Shown here: positions 1 through 12,020 of the stretch, piece after piece
Numbering within the stretch: the first letter of the stretch is position 1
Layout of the letters: every line of letters begins with the position of its first letter
NCBI GenBank assembly: GCA_036172245.1
Contig: JAYWIR010000005.1
Span: forward strand, 3,782,001 to 3,846,000
Direction of reading: 5' to 3'
DNA length: 64,000 nt
From: Raillietiella orientalis
Taxonomy: Eukaryota
Translations under genes and position numbers: made by a program
The notes under the pieces: model-generated
What the model saw: only the letters and a program-made list of their open reading frames with translations
What the model was told of the DNA's origin: nothing
The model's database searches: none

Positions 1-149
1 TTCATTTGCTCCCCTGGACGGGGGATGCAGGAGTTTCTTCATCACTCGTCGTATCTCTAGGTTCAAAAGCTTCCAATCTTTCTCTGGATGTGTTCAAAGT
101 CTTTCGTAATTTGAAGGACTGGGAAAAAGAAAATTTTCATTGCATACAT

Positions 150-1500
150 CTCGTGATGAGCTGACAAACAGCTATTCAGTATACATCCAGCTTGGCAAGA
201 ATGTCTACCTTATATGGATATACATTAAGTATCTGGATCCCAAAGGATCTTCCCAGATACTTGGAGACCTCAGAAATCTTAATGTTTGGCATACTTCCAC
301 TGCTTCCTGACATTTCCAAAGGTCTGAAATCTCTTATGGTCTTTCCACAATAGAATAAGCAGCAGCATTTGGAGGAGTGTATGGGGAGCCCAATCCGGTG
401 CACGAGGTCTTTGAAGTGGAATGGCCTGATCTTCAAATCATTGCTTGAGTCCACAATGATGACTCAGTTGTGGGCGCGCCGAACTGCACTTACATGAAGG
501 TTTTACATGAAGTCCTTGCCGTAGCTTTCCCTCATTAACCGAAGTAGAAGCTCTGATATCAGAATGAAGAGGAGTAAACTCAAGGGACGCCCCTCGCTGT
601 TTCAGTTTCCACCTGTTTCAGCTTTCCCTCAACGCAGGGGAAAGGGTCGCCTTATGGAAGATGCAAGCCAAATTGCCACAATTCAGCTCCTCGACAATTC
701 GCGAAAAAAAGTGCATCCATCTTCAGCTTCTTCTCATGTTCCGAGCATCATCTTGTGGGAAGTGGTGCCGAAGGCATAGACAAAGCCAACAAAAACCATA
801 TCAATGTTACTAGAGCGGCTGTATGAAGAGTCCAGCGGAATTTGTAAAACAAAATTCTGGTCACACATCTTGTCGAAGCGTAAGAATTCCTTCGCTGAGG
901 GCGGATGAGATCGCTTTCCAGGATCCATTCCCATAGTTTTACAGACAAACTCTTAGTGTATAGCCTGTATACACTATTACCGATGGATATTGATCTCAAG
1001 TCGGCTATATTTTCGAAGTATCAAAAACTTCAGGAACCAGAACACTTGGAGTGCACTTCCACTTTTCTAGCACACCACAAGACTTCAGTAGAATATTCAA
1101 AACGGATGTCAAAATCGCAGCTTCCTGATCAACCATCTTTCTGTCGGAGCAAGTGATTCCATCCGATTCTCCACCTTTCATAACTTCTTCCTGGATATAA
1201 GGAGCTGTTTCCAAAGGAGACTCTTCGCACTGTCCCCCTAGAAGGATCTTGGGGAACTGATCATCCATTTCCTCGACGAGCCCCAGTTGACGGTAAGGAT
1301 GATCCTCGATTACCAGCAGCTCAGGTGAGCATCTGCGTTCTTGCTGGCCCACGGCAGCGCGAGCTGCTCTTCTATTCATCTTATAAAGTTTCTGGGACAC
1401 AGTCTTGTCTTGTGGGTCCATTTCCAGATTCTCAGTGTGCTGTTTCAGCGGCCTTGTATTCAGCACCTTGCGTACCTTTCCCTAAAATGAATCATCCGCA
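150..1500 (-). mobile_element. Decayed non-LTR retrotransposon reverse transcriptase fragment (R2/RLE-like), many frameshifts and stops
   Basis: RT motifs occur in order on the minus strand across frames: GESDGIT (SPGPDGIT), ILTSVLNILL..WK..VLVP, DLRSISIGNSVYRLYTKSL (DFRPISI..YRL.TK.L), FVGFVYAFGTTSH (LDF.KAFDTVSH), KYLG. Boundaries approximate. Confidence 0.7.
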
Positions 1501-1893
1501 GCTTCGAAGTTCTCCCAAGTTATCCTTCATGTCTATTCCACAGCCAAGCAGGAAAAAAAAAATTCGCTTCAAGAAAATTTCGAGACACGATGTCGGGAAT
1601 TCTTCCTGAACGTTGTGCGGGACGACCTCGATTGATGTGAAGATGTTCACCATTTCGTCCAAAGGGATTCCATCTCAAAACGAACAAGACAAAAATGGAT
1701 GTTCCTGCATCGTTTTGGATACAGCAGAAAGATGAATTTGCCTTTACGTACGCATGCTGATAGCTGGTGTGAGAAGAGGAAAATCTCGTATGCGTATGGA
1801 ACGGAAGGACAACACGAAGTACTTCATGCACAAGAAGAATAAAAGCAGAAAGTGCGTATGGACGGTTGCAAAGTTTGTTTATATTATTAGTGC

Positions 1894-2680
1894 GATTACA
1901 CGCCCCTCCGCCCGCGGCAACCCGCAGGGGGGCGTGTAATTCTTCAGGATAGGAGGCACCTCGGGATGAGGGTCCGCACTATGAATCCAGGAAGGGCTCG
2001 GAGTCCGTTCCTCTCACGCTTGGGGAGGGATCCCCCCGGACGGGGGGGATCGCACCTCCTACCCTGATTGTCTCCGAAAGGGAACCCCGAAGTGAATCTC
2101 CTTCCTCATTCTCTCCGGAGGGACACCCCCCACCTTAATGGGGAGGGGCTGTCCTCTCCATTTCAACTTCATTTCAACTTCTCCGAAGGGAACCCGGAAA
2201 GGATCCACTAGCAGGAATTTCCTCCCCGGAGGGAACCCTCAAGGGAACCGCTCCTGTTTACTCCTCTGAAGGGAATCCCGAAAGGACGCTTCCGAAACTC
2301 AGAAGGGGCGCTGCAGCTTCCCGCAGGGAATCGCTCTCACTGGCTTCCTTGCACTCTGTGAAGAGGCGACGACTCGGAGGGTCCCCCGGTTGGGGGGGGG
2401 GTCCGCTCTCCGTTGCACGACAGGAGGGGGAATTCCCCATTCCTTGATTCCTGGGAGGACCCGAAGGTCGACTCCCATTGTTCCGGCCTTCATCGGGAGG
2501 CCTCCGGCTTTATCCACCGCCGGTGCCACGCCCGAATGTCTCGGCCAAACAGCGCCATCTTGCAGGAAAAACTCGGAAGCCAAACGACGCAGTGGCGTCA
2601 GTTATCTGCCGAAGTATTCGAACCCGCGACGCATGGTGCCACGCGCGGAAGCCTAAACCACAAGGCCTCCGACGCGGGCC
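1894..2680 (-). mobile_element. tRNA-headed SINE-like repeat, copy A (homologous to 52992-53765)
   Basis: Minus-strand head GGAGGCCTTGTGGTTTAGGC...GTCGCGGGTTCGAATAC (A/B-box-like; B box at 2614-2625). Blocks align colinearly with copy B. 12-bp terminal hairpin ATTACACGCCCC/GGGGCGTGTAAT at 1895-1940. Confidence 0.65.
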
Positions 2681-2689
2681 GTGCATGGA

Positions 2690-2910
2690 AATGATAGAAC
2701 TGAGGAGACATTTGAATTTATCTTTACGAGCAATAAAATGGAGAAAAGAGAGCATCATCCATGAACATACGTGCACACTGAAGTGAAAAGAAGCTGTAAT
2801 CTTTCCGAAGCATCTTAGTCCTTGAGACAGTGAATTCACTATGGACACGAAGACTGACGACACGGGTTTCTTTACATCAAGTAATGGAGTTCCTTGGTTT
2901 CTGAAAGCCT
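2690..2910 (-). mobile_element. Possible highly decayed RT fragment (Penelope-like)
   Basis: Minus-strand GTPL..PVSSVFVSI followed, in another frame, by RMFMDDALF. These resemble the G.PMGSP.S.V.A.I and RYVDD.F motifs. Weak. Confidence 0.25.
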
Positions 2911-5908
2911 AACGTAATTCATGCCTTATTATTCGATCTTGACGAATGAGACGTCACACCCACTCTTTTTCAAGAATGGGTTCAACTCCTTGTGGTCCTT
3001 GTAAATATCTGCTGAAAAGCGAATGCTCTTAATAGGAAAAAGTTTCTGCTGAAACGTGCTAGAGGTTATAAGCATACTTTGAGAGATGTTTGCAAAACTT
3101 CCGAATGTGTCTCGGGAAAAAGTAAATAAAAAAAAACAAAACGGGTTGAGGTGATCCCCTTAATCAACTGGATATTTTTTTAATGAAAGCCTCCCTTTAG
3201 CTTTCGTGAAATGTGAACCTCAAAGAATCAGATCTTGACGTTCTTCATTGCTGCAGTTCATAGAATTTTTCATACTTTCCGTTAACTCATCTGCCATCAT
3301 CGTTTGTTTCTTCTTGAATACGATACTCCCTCATGTTAGTTAAGGCTTAAAATCATGGACCTCCGGAACACCTTTCTCTGAGTCAAAGAAATCTTCAGTG
3401 AGTTCCTTTCTCTTGTTGTTCACAGTGTTCAGACAAATCTCATCTTTGAACTCTGAGGTTCAATGAATCAGTTAAAACCTGAGGTTAAAAAAAAAAATGT
3501 ATGTCGAAAGTCTTCAACATACATTCCTTGATTTCGTGTTTCTTTCTTGTAATCATGTTAGAGTACAGAAATTTTGGTTCCTTCCTTCCCAAAATTCCAC
3601 ACGGAAGGCAGATAACAAGGGAATACAGGTCATGTCTAGGGAGAAAAATTAATTCAACGAAAGCGAAAGATCCAGCAGTTGCTGGTGAGTTGCTGACTGC
3701 CCTCATGAGGACTGCCCAGTTGCGAGGTTCAAGAAGAGAATGAATAAAACACGTTTAAGTTTCCAGTGTTTGGGAGTTGTTGGCTGGGGATTTTCTTGAT
3801 GTCGCTGCTCTGCTTCTCCTACTTTTGGCACGTTGGAACTTTTTCTGTCTGGCACCAAACGAGACGATGCTGATTGCACCGTGTTGTCAACGGATCAAAA
3901 GACATCCCGGTGTTCGAGCTTAAGTTGCTCAAAGCCTCATGGCGGGTGCAAGTACCTTCAGACCATTCTGCAGCACTTGAGATTCCTGTCACCGGGAAGC
4001 TCACCCGGATTAGTTGATCAGAGAGATGGTGGTGAGCGATCCTGCAGTGCCTAGTGAGCATCGTAGGCTCTGTGACAGGACGTGCGACCGCAGCGTTGGG
4101 GTTGGGGAGCTCGTTAGATGGGAGTACCGCGGTCTCGGTCGCTCGTTTTTTTGGGGCGCAGGAAACCTGGCTAAGGTCGTTGCTTCCCCTGCCCGTGGTT
4201 TCTTTCTCTTTCCCCCTTCCACTTCGCCCCCATCGCGATCGAATCACCTCGGAGGACGTCCTTTTCCCGTGCCCGCGTGCAGGCCAGGGATTCCGTTTGC
4301 TGGAAAAGCAGGAGCGCCTGCAATCCCGATTGAAGTGCTCCTCCTCGACGAAACTCACGGAAGCAAGTTCCGTAGAAATCTTACGCACGAGTCCCGCCCT
4401 ATTACCTCATGGCAAAGTTGCGACCCGATGGGGGCGACCTTGCTTTCCGCGCTTCGGTCCGCATTCGATTCGTGGGGCGGAATGGCGCAGCAAAGGAATT
4501 GAACACGCGAGGAAACCGGTCGAATCCCGATCGGAAGGCTCCCTCGCCAACGCTTCCGTCGACACGTCGTAAGCAGCATCCCTGCAGCCCGGAACTCCAA
4601 TTCTTCGGCACGTTCTCAAGCCCTCTTCTGCAAGCTCCTGGCGAGAGGAACCAGGGGGGATGCTGAGGTTGGAAGGGGGCGCAGTGGACGAAGACGTAGG
4701 CCGCGAAGCGAACGGAAGCTGGCGACGTCGACGGGAAGCGATCAGGGAAAGTCGTCGGGACGGCAGAACGAATGCGGCGATCCGTTCCGGGCGCGGCAGC
4801 GGAAACTCCCGGCAAGTCGGGAGCTGAGCAAGCCAAGTCGGCTGGAAGCCCATCGTCGCTTCCTGCCCATTATTATACAAGGCCGTGCTCTTGTGGAAGG
4901 AGCAATGGGCGCGAGGCCGCGTACCCACGGAAGAGACGGCGCGAGAGGAAGTCAACGACGCCCGGACTCCGGGATGCTCCCGGAACCTGTGGCTGCTGGT
5001 TTTCTGAGTCCTTTGCCCGGCGAAGGACTCTCCGCGGCAGCGAAGGGTGAGAGAGAGGTAGGGGCCTCCTGGCGCGATCCCGGCAACGGGTCAGCGGGGC
5101 GGCCTCCGCCGCACCTCGGGATCCAGGAGGAACGGCTGGCCAGGCGGCGTGCGCGCCGCGGGACACGCACGCGGCGCTGCCAAAGGAACCAGGGAGAGAG
5201 GGAAGGAGGAGGGGAGAGCGGAAGGGGGTGCGGAACCGAGCGCGGTGGACCCTTCTTAGCGGACCGATACCGCCTGCGTGGGTGATGGGGCAGTGAGGGA
5301 ACTCCCGCCAGCCTCGGTGACTTCCCTGGACCTTCAGCCCGCGGGAAGGGGGCGCGCATGCAGGAGTCGTCCTGGCGCGCCGTGCGCGGGTGCGGGCTCA
5401 AGGCGGTGCCCGCGCCCCCTTTGCCTCCCTTCCATCCCCCCACCCCCCGGTCGTCTGTCTGTCATCTGCAGGGGAAGGCGCCGTCCGACGTCTGCGCGCA
5501 ACCAGCGAAGGGGGGCGACGGCGAAGGGCGAGCGGCAAGGAGGAGGGGGCAGCGCGCGCTCACCGAGAGGGGGCGGCGTTAATTGGGCCTACCGAGAAGG
5601 AGCAAACACGGCGGACGTCCCGGGCAGCAGCAGGTAGGACGGTAGGGAGGGGAAAGGGGCGCGCATCGCCTGATTTCCAGGGCGCCCACGCGAAGAAAAG
5701 GAACGTCTCCCCCCCTAATGAAGACTCCCGCGGGAGCGCAAACACGGCAAAATCTGGCCGCTGTTTGCGCGCGGGCGCTCATCAAGCGCGCGGCAACAGC
5801 CGGTGGCTCCCTGATGAGGCGGCAGCGCAAACACGCTCCGGGTCGCAATAAATGGAGGTCCTGGAGCGGTACGCATCCCATAGCAAGGGTTCCCTCTCAG
5901 ATCCGAAG

Positions 5909-6961
5909 ATGCTGGCCGCCTCACTGCTGCTCGTCTCAGCCTCCTGCTGCATGGTGAGTCTTCAAGGAGGATGAGCGCCCAACCTGCACGCCCGTTCCCT
6001 CCTCCTCCTCCCTCCCTGCCTCCCTTCCTTCCTTCCTTGCTTCGTTCCCGTTGCAGGTCTTGGCCGTGCCCCCATTCTTCCCAGTCCAGAGATCCGCCTT
6101 GTCCTCGTCTTGCGGGAAGGAGCTGGAAGGATCGCAGTACGAAGTCAAAGCCGATGGATCGAGCTGCGAAGTGACGTCTAAGGTAGGGCCGGGACGAGGT
6201 GGTGCAGAGCTCGGCACGCCACGGGCCAACCTGCGTAGCTGGGCGGAGAGATCAGCACCAAGGTCGGGCACATCGTCGCCCAGGTCGCGAGCATCGAGTC
6301 GGGAAGCATGGACGTGAGCGACGGATACCACGTGCAGACGTGAGTGCCTCGAGCGGGTTGGCGCCGCCTTTCCGCGAGCGCCCCCCCTTCCTTACCCCCT
6401 TCTCTGCCCGGCGCCCTATACGGAGGTCTCTTTTTCTTCGCGGGGCAGGTACTCCTCAGGCTTCTCCGGCTACCTGCCGCTGATCCCTCCCTTGGTGATC
6501 AAGATCGAGAACGCCAAGATGACCATGACCATGACCTACAAGGAATTAGAATCCGGGCTGATGGCTCCGAGCACCTGGACCGAGATCCCCCAGCCGCAGA
6601 TGCCCGAATCGCCCGGAAGTCCCCTCTTCGGCGAAGTCCGCATCTTGGTGAGCCGCCGCTGCAGCCCTGCCCCGTCTCACCGCGAGTTTGCGATCAGGGC
6701 GGGGAGAAAGGCTCCCTGTACGTGACTTTCCGAGGCCTGAAGCTGGAATCCGGAGAGATGCTCGTCACCAGCAGCTTCCCGGTGGGCATGCCTGCGCCGA
6801 GCACCCCGAAGACGTACCGCGGGCCGGCCACGCTGGACCACGAGGACTACGTCGTCCAGTACGAATACCCGGGACAGCCCATCCGTCTGTTCCTGTTCGT
6901 GAACGGCACGAAATTCCAAGGAAGTTGGGATGCCCTCTGCATGTCCTACGAGGCGGCGTGA
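5909..6961 (+). CDS. Secreted protein of 244 aa with a degenerate CUB-like C-terminal domain; 5 exons: 5909-5953, 6057-6182, 6239-6339, 6449-6647, 6698-6961
   Basis: All four introns are GT-AG and the phases join into one open frame. N-terminal signal peptide MLAASLLLVSASCCMVLA. Strongly GC3-biased codons. AATAAA at 6988-6993, just after the stop. Confidence 0.8.
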
Positions 6962-9137
6962 GCGACGTGAGCACCCTGGCGGACAGAAATAAAGTCTCAT
7001 CTTGAAACGCACGCGGTGCGCGGTGGAGGGGGGTGGGAGGGTGGGGGCGCGTTCGCGAGCGCGGGTTTGCCTTCCCGGTTTTCGCGAGCCGGAAGGGGTG
7101 GCGCAGGGCGGCTTGGCGCACGCCAACCGGGCAGCACTTGTCCTGGAGAGGCGCGCGCGCTTCCCTCGTCGCACGAAACGGTGCGCCGCAGTCGGCAGGT
7201 GCGGAAACGTGAACGCGCCCTCAACCGCCGCTTCGCGCGCAGCTCCTGGCGGAAAAGGACGGCGGGCTCGGTGACGACACGCGGAAGGAAACACCACCCT
7301 GCGGGCGGCGCGCGGTGCTTTCGCGAACCGCTCATGCAGCCGCCGCCGCCGCCGCCGCCAAGTGGGAACTCGGGGGGTAAGAAGCGTCGAGTTGGGGAGA
7401 ACCCTGGGGGCTCTCTTCCCTCTCCTCCCCTGATCGAAGACGTGCCAGGAGGGAGGAAGGGGGCGCATGGGTTCCTCCGCCTTCTCGTCCGCTCCGCGCG
7501 TTGCCGGACGAGGGATTTCCTCCTACGGTGCTTCCTGCGAAGAGTGGTGCCGGGGGCTTGCTGTCGCCTCCTAGCGACCGTCCCAGCTTCCTTCCCCGGC
7601 ACCCGTCCCGAAGAGTCTGCAGCGGCGGTCGCTCTCGGAGAGGGGAAACGGCCTGGAAGCGCGCGCAGCCTGCCGGACGCTCGTGGCCTCCTCTCACTCG
7701 CAACTCTCCAGAGAGGAAGGCGCAGAGTTCCGGTCCGGCCGGACCAAGATCATCTGGGACACCCCCCACCTCGGGGATATCCGGGCGGGAGGCACCCGGA
7801 TGTGCGCGAAAGGAAACGGGCGCGCTTGGCTCCCACCGAGCGGGCCGCACGACGATCGCGACGGTCGCGTTTGCATGGCGACCACGTCCAGCTGCGCGAG
7901 TCCTCTTTCCTGGAGCGCGGCGCACTTGCTGCTGTTGCCGTGCGCAACGCGCTCCCCATGCCGACCGACCCGGCTACGCCGTTCTGCGTTCGCGTTCGGC
8001 ACTGGCCATCCTCGCACTGCCCGGCTGGTGACCCCAGCGTGCAGGGATCGCTCCTTGCTGCGTTGCAAGGAAGTCCGCCAGCTACGTGCCGTGGTCCCTA
8101 CGAATTCACCAAGAACGAAAAAGTCCCGTCCCCCGGATCGCGGAGGTTCCCGCGCCGTTGGCCGAGGACGAGCGCGATCCGGAAAGCGGGAGGCCAAGGG
8201 ATCCTTTCCCGCTCGCCGACCCACGGTGGCACGCATCCGTTTGCTGCCAGGCTTTGGGACGGCCCGCGATCTCGTCGCGGTGCATGTAAAAATGGGCACT
8301 CCCGAGTTTGACACCCGATCGCGGTGCATCTCGGGTTGACTCTCGCGCCGCGAGCGAACACCCAGTGCAGCGGAAACGAAATTCTGCCGCACGTCGAAAC
8401 GACGCCATCCAGGATCATCCCGGATGGTCGCTCACGGGCGCCGTCCACCACGGAGTTGTGGGCTGAGTCGGCAGGGTGCGCCAGCGCCGCCGCCTCCTGC
8501 GCATGGCGGATGCGGAGGCGCTACCACCGCACCCTCGAACGGAAGAGTGGTCTGCTGCTGGGGACGCTCGATCGTACTTCGTTACGGTGGTGGGCGCGCT
8601 GCTCGATGAAGGGAAGGCGGAATTCGGAAAAAGCAGGCTTTGCTGCGTTTCTCGCAAGAGAGGCGGCGAAGCGCCGCGGTGCAGACGCCCTGCGGTGCCT
8701 GGAGCGCTTCCCACGGCGGCGAGCGGTCGCTGCCGCAAGGGCAGCGTCGTCTGCGGCTTCGAGAGCTGCTGGTTTCCGAAGCGACTCCTGCGCCTTTCTT
8801 CTTCCGGGAAAGCGGGAGCGAAAGCAAGCGGCCTGCTTCCTTTCAGCGCGAACGTCGCTGAGCGTTTCGCGGATCAGCTGACGGCAGACGTGTTGCGGAA
8901 GTGCGGAGACGGGGTTCCCTTGGAGCGTGCGCACGCACGCACATCTTACTTCCTCTTGCCTTTCGGGCGTTTTCGCGGCGGTAACCCTGGGGCCGGGTTG
9001 TGCGGTCGCCACGCGGGTTGTTCGTCCGCGCAGAGGGAACGCGCGTCTCTTGGCGCGCTGGCGCGCTCGGCGGCTGCTCGCCTGCCACGGCCAGCAGTGT
9101 GACGAGCGCGGTGCTGGTTGTGTGTCGGCAGTTCGTC

Positions 9138-11669
9138 ATGAAGGACGAAATCGTTCTGTGCGACGAGGAAGAGGAAGAAGAAGGTGCGGAAGCTGTTTTC
9201 TTCAAGCGAGGGAAGGATGCCTTGATATTTGCAATAGACTGCACGAGGAAAATGCACGACTCTTGCGCCGCGCCTCCTTCCCCAAGTTTCGTGCAGATGG
9301 CTTTGCAGGTAGCCGCGCGCGCGAGAGAGCTCATTGCGCGCGTCGCGGCTGCTTTGGGTTGGTGGGGTGTTTTCTTTTTTGTTTTCTTCTTTTTCGCTCT
9401 CTCTCTCTCTCTCGTTTTTTCTTTTTCTTTCTTTGGTCTCCACCAGTGCACCTACAGCACCTTACGCAGGAAAATAATCAGCGACGATAGGGATCTGATA
9501 GGTGTGGTGTTGATCGGAACGGAAACGACGAGCAACTTTTTGAGTTCCCCGCACATAACGATATTTCAAGGTTTGGAACCCCCTTCGGCATCGCACATCA
9601 AGGCTTTGGAAGGAGCGATTCAAGGTAGGCCGTGTGTGTGTGTGTGTTCCCTGTGGATTGGCGACTGTGTGTGCAGCAGCAGCAGCAGCGTGCGGATCGG
9701 AAGGATCTCCTTGGCAGCATGGGTGTTGCGACGAGTACTCGTTCAGCGACGCCCTGTGGATTTGCATGGGAATGTTCAAGAACGGGTAAGGAAGAAGGGG
9801 GGATGGGGAGGGAGGGGAGTGAAAGGAGTGGGCGGTGGAGAAGATCCAGGTGGTGCGCAGAGGGCATCTGGCTTCCCAACGTATACTGCTGTTTACTTGC
9901 AACGATGATCCTCATCCGGAAGATGTGCAGTGGCAGCGCTTGGCCAGGCAGAAGGGCCAAGACATCCGTGATTCCGGAATTCAACTGGAGGTCATCCCTT
10001 TGGGAGCCACGTTCGATTTCCAGAAGTTTTACAAGGTGCTGGAGTGCTGCGTCAGTGGGATCGAGCAGCAACCTGGTTTCCCCCCCTTTTTTTTGCAGGA
10101 TCTTCTTGATCCAGAGCAACCGCTTCCCGGTTCAGGCAGTTGGGAGGACATGTTGAGTTGGGTTTGGCGCAAGAATTACAAGATCAGCAGCAGTGGTGCG
10201 GCTGTGCTGAGCGTTGCTGGGGATCTCAAATGTGGCGTGTCCTTGCACAATCTGATCAGGTGAGCCAGCCAACGGAATGGGCAAGCAGAGGGAAGACCAT
10301 TTTGCTTGCTGGCTTGTGTGGACAGACCCCTACCGCGCCCGTGGAAAATCAACCTGAACAAGCAAACGAATGAGGAAGTGAAGGTGGTCCAGAAGATGTT
10401 TCACGGGGTACGGTGCCTTTTTCTCTCTGACAAGGCAAGATGGCTGTTTTGTTACCCAGAAAACAGGTGAGGTGCTGCTGCCTGCTGATCTGACAAGGTA
10501 CCAGGAGCATGGTGGAAGGAAAATCTGTTTCTCTGCGGTGAGAACTCTGCGTGCGGCTGCGCTCTCACCGTTCTTCTTCTTCTGTCCATGTTCCTCTTTC
10601 CTGGCCTTGTGCATCTTGCAAGCTTTGCACGTGCCACGGGGTGAAGAGGTCTAGGGTGTCGCTTTGATTGTGTTTTCTGCGCAGGAGGAAGTGCGCCAGA
10701 TGCGGGATTTCGGTGGAGTTTCCATCCGGTTAGTTGGTTTCAAACCGCTAAGCCATCTCAAGCTGCATTACCACGTGCGACCTGCATCGTTTCTGTACCC
10801 AGACGATAAGCTGATTGCAGGTAGTGCTGAAAGGGTTTGCGTTCCCAAAGCAAAATGGTCAGGAAGTTCCACCGTGTTTCGAGCTTTATTGGATGCCTGT
10901 TTGCGCAAGGCCGTGCTGGGGGTGGCGTGGTGGGTGCCCAGGCGCTATGTTGGCCCCAGATTGGTAGCACTTGTGCCTCAGTCGGAAGCACAAGCCTCCT
11001 GCTCCGGACCCAGCACCCTCGTTCCTTGTGGTTTCCACATGATTTGCCTGCCTTTTGCCGAAGACGTCCGCAAGATTACCGGCTCTGGGAGCGTGCAGGT
11101 TCCTGCTGTGGACCAGGTGCAGGCAGCAACGGAACTCGTTTCCCGTCTCACGTTCCCCTTCAAAAGCGAGGACTTCCCTAATCCCGTCATTCAGATCCAC
11201 TGGCGCAACGTCGAGGCACTGGCTTTAGACCGTGTTGAAGTGGAACCGTTCGAGGACCCTCTGGGTGAGTAGCGCGTTTTCACTTGAGCAACTGTGCACC
11301 CTTCGCGTTCAGCTTGCACGCAGCGGTTGCAAGTAGCCAGTGACGCATTGCAGAAATTCCTGGAGTGCACTCTACCCGACGGATGGGGTGCTGGCGCGGT
11401 GGCGAAACGAGCGCATCCGGAAACGTCGTCGACTCCGAAGCAAAGCAAGGTTCTCCACGTGGACATGCAGCTGGAAGCTGAAATGGGAAGGGTAAAATGG
11501 TTTGCCAGGTTTGTCCCAGTTTCACCCGGAATTGCCTCAGGTGCATAAGCTGACTGTGGAAGTGTTGAAAACTTATCTGAGCGGCGTTGGAATTCCCGTG
11601 TCGAAATTGCGGAAAGATGATCTGGTGGAGAAGGTTTACGAACATCTGGATCTTCGGCCGCCCGTGTGA
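9138..11669 (+). CDS. XRCC6: Ku70 (X-ray repair cross-complementing protein 6), 11 exons
   Basis: vWA motifs KDALIFAIDC, KIISDDRDLIGVV, YSFSDALWIC, RILLFTCNDDPH; core motifs IRLVGFKP, FLYPDD, PRLVALVPQ, GFHMICLPFAEDVR, FPNPVIQIHWRNVEALAL; C-terminal SAP domain KLTVEVLKTYL..RKDDLVEKV. Introns: 9309-9446, 9625-9676, 9786-9860, 10036-10098, 10260-10325, 10408-10459, 10538-10684, 10821-10862, 11265-11312, 11492-11540. AATAAA at 11823. Confidence 0.96.
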
Positions 11670-11962
11670 TGCGCATTCCCCGAATGCAGCCTCGTGTAGC
11701 TTGAGAAGATGAGCTTCGTGATCTGCACTCTCGGCTTGCGAATCTCCGGCAGATTGCGGATGGGTGGTGTTTTTTTTCCACGACCGAGGCTGATCCTCTG
11801 TTGGCCATCGTAAAGTCCAGTCAATAAACTGCTTGTTGCTTGAAGTCTGGCAGTCGCATCCTTTGGCGGCTATCCGGGACTTCCGAGGGTTTTCCGAAAA
11901 CGCGCGTTTTTCCTCGCAAAGTTCCCGCTCCCAAGTTCGGTACTTTCGGTTTTCGCCATCCC

Positions 11963-11963
<1 letters not shown>

Positions 11964-11999
<36 letters not shown>

Positions 12000-12020
12000 G
12001 CCGCCGCCGCCGCCGCCGCC
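11964..12020 (+). repeat. Compound trinucleotide microsatellite, (CTG)~11 directly followed by (CCG)~7
   Basis: Read directly from the sequence. Confidence 0.95.

Noticed and set aside
7016..9102. Long overlapping Arg/Pro/Gly-rich ORFs (e.g. 431 aa at 7016-8311) and similar ORFs across 3.8-5.9 kb and 15.1-17.7 kb
   Set aside because: Expected from stop-codon scarcity in GC-rich DNA. Open in several frames on both strands, with no domain motifs or consistent codon bias.
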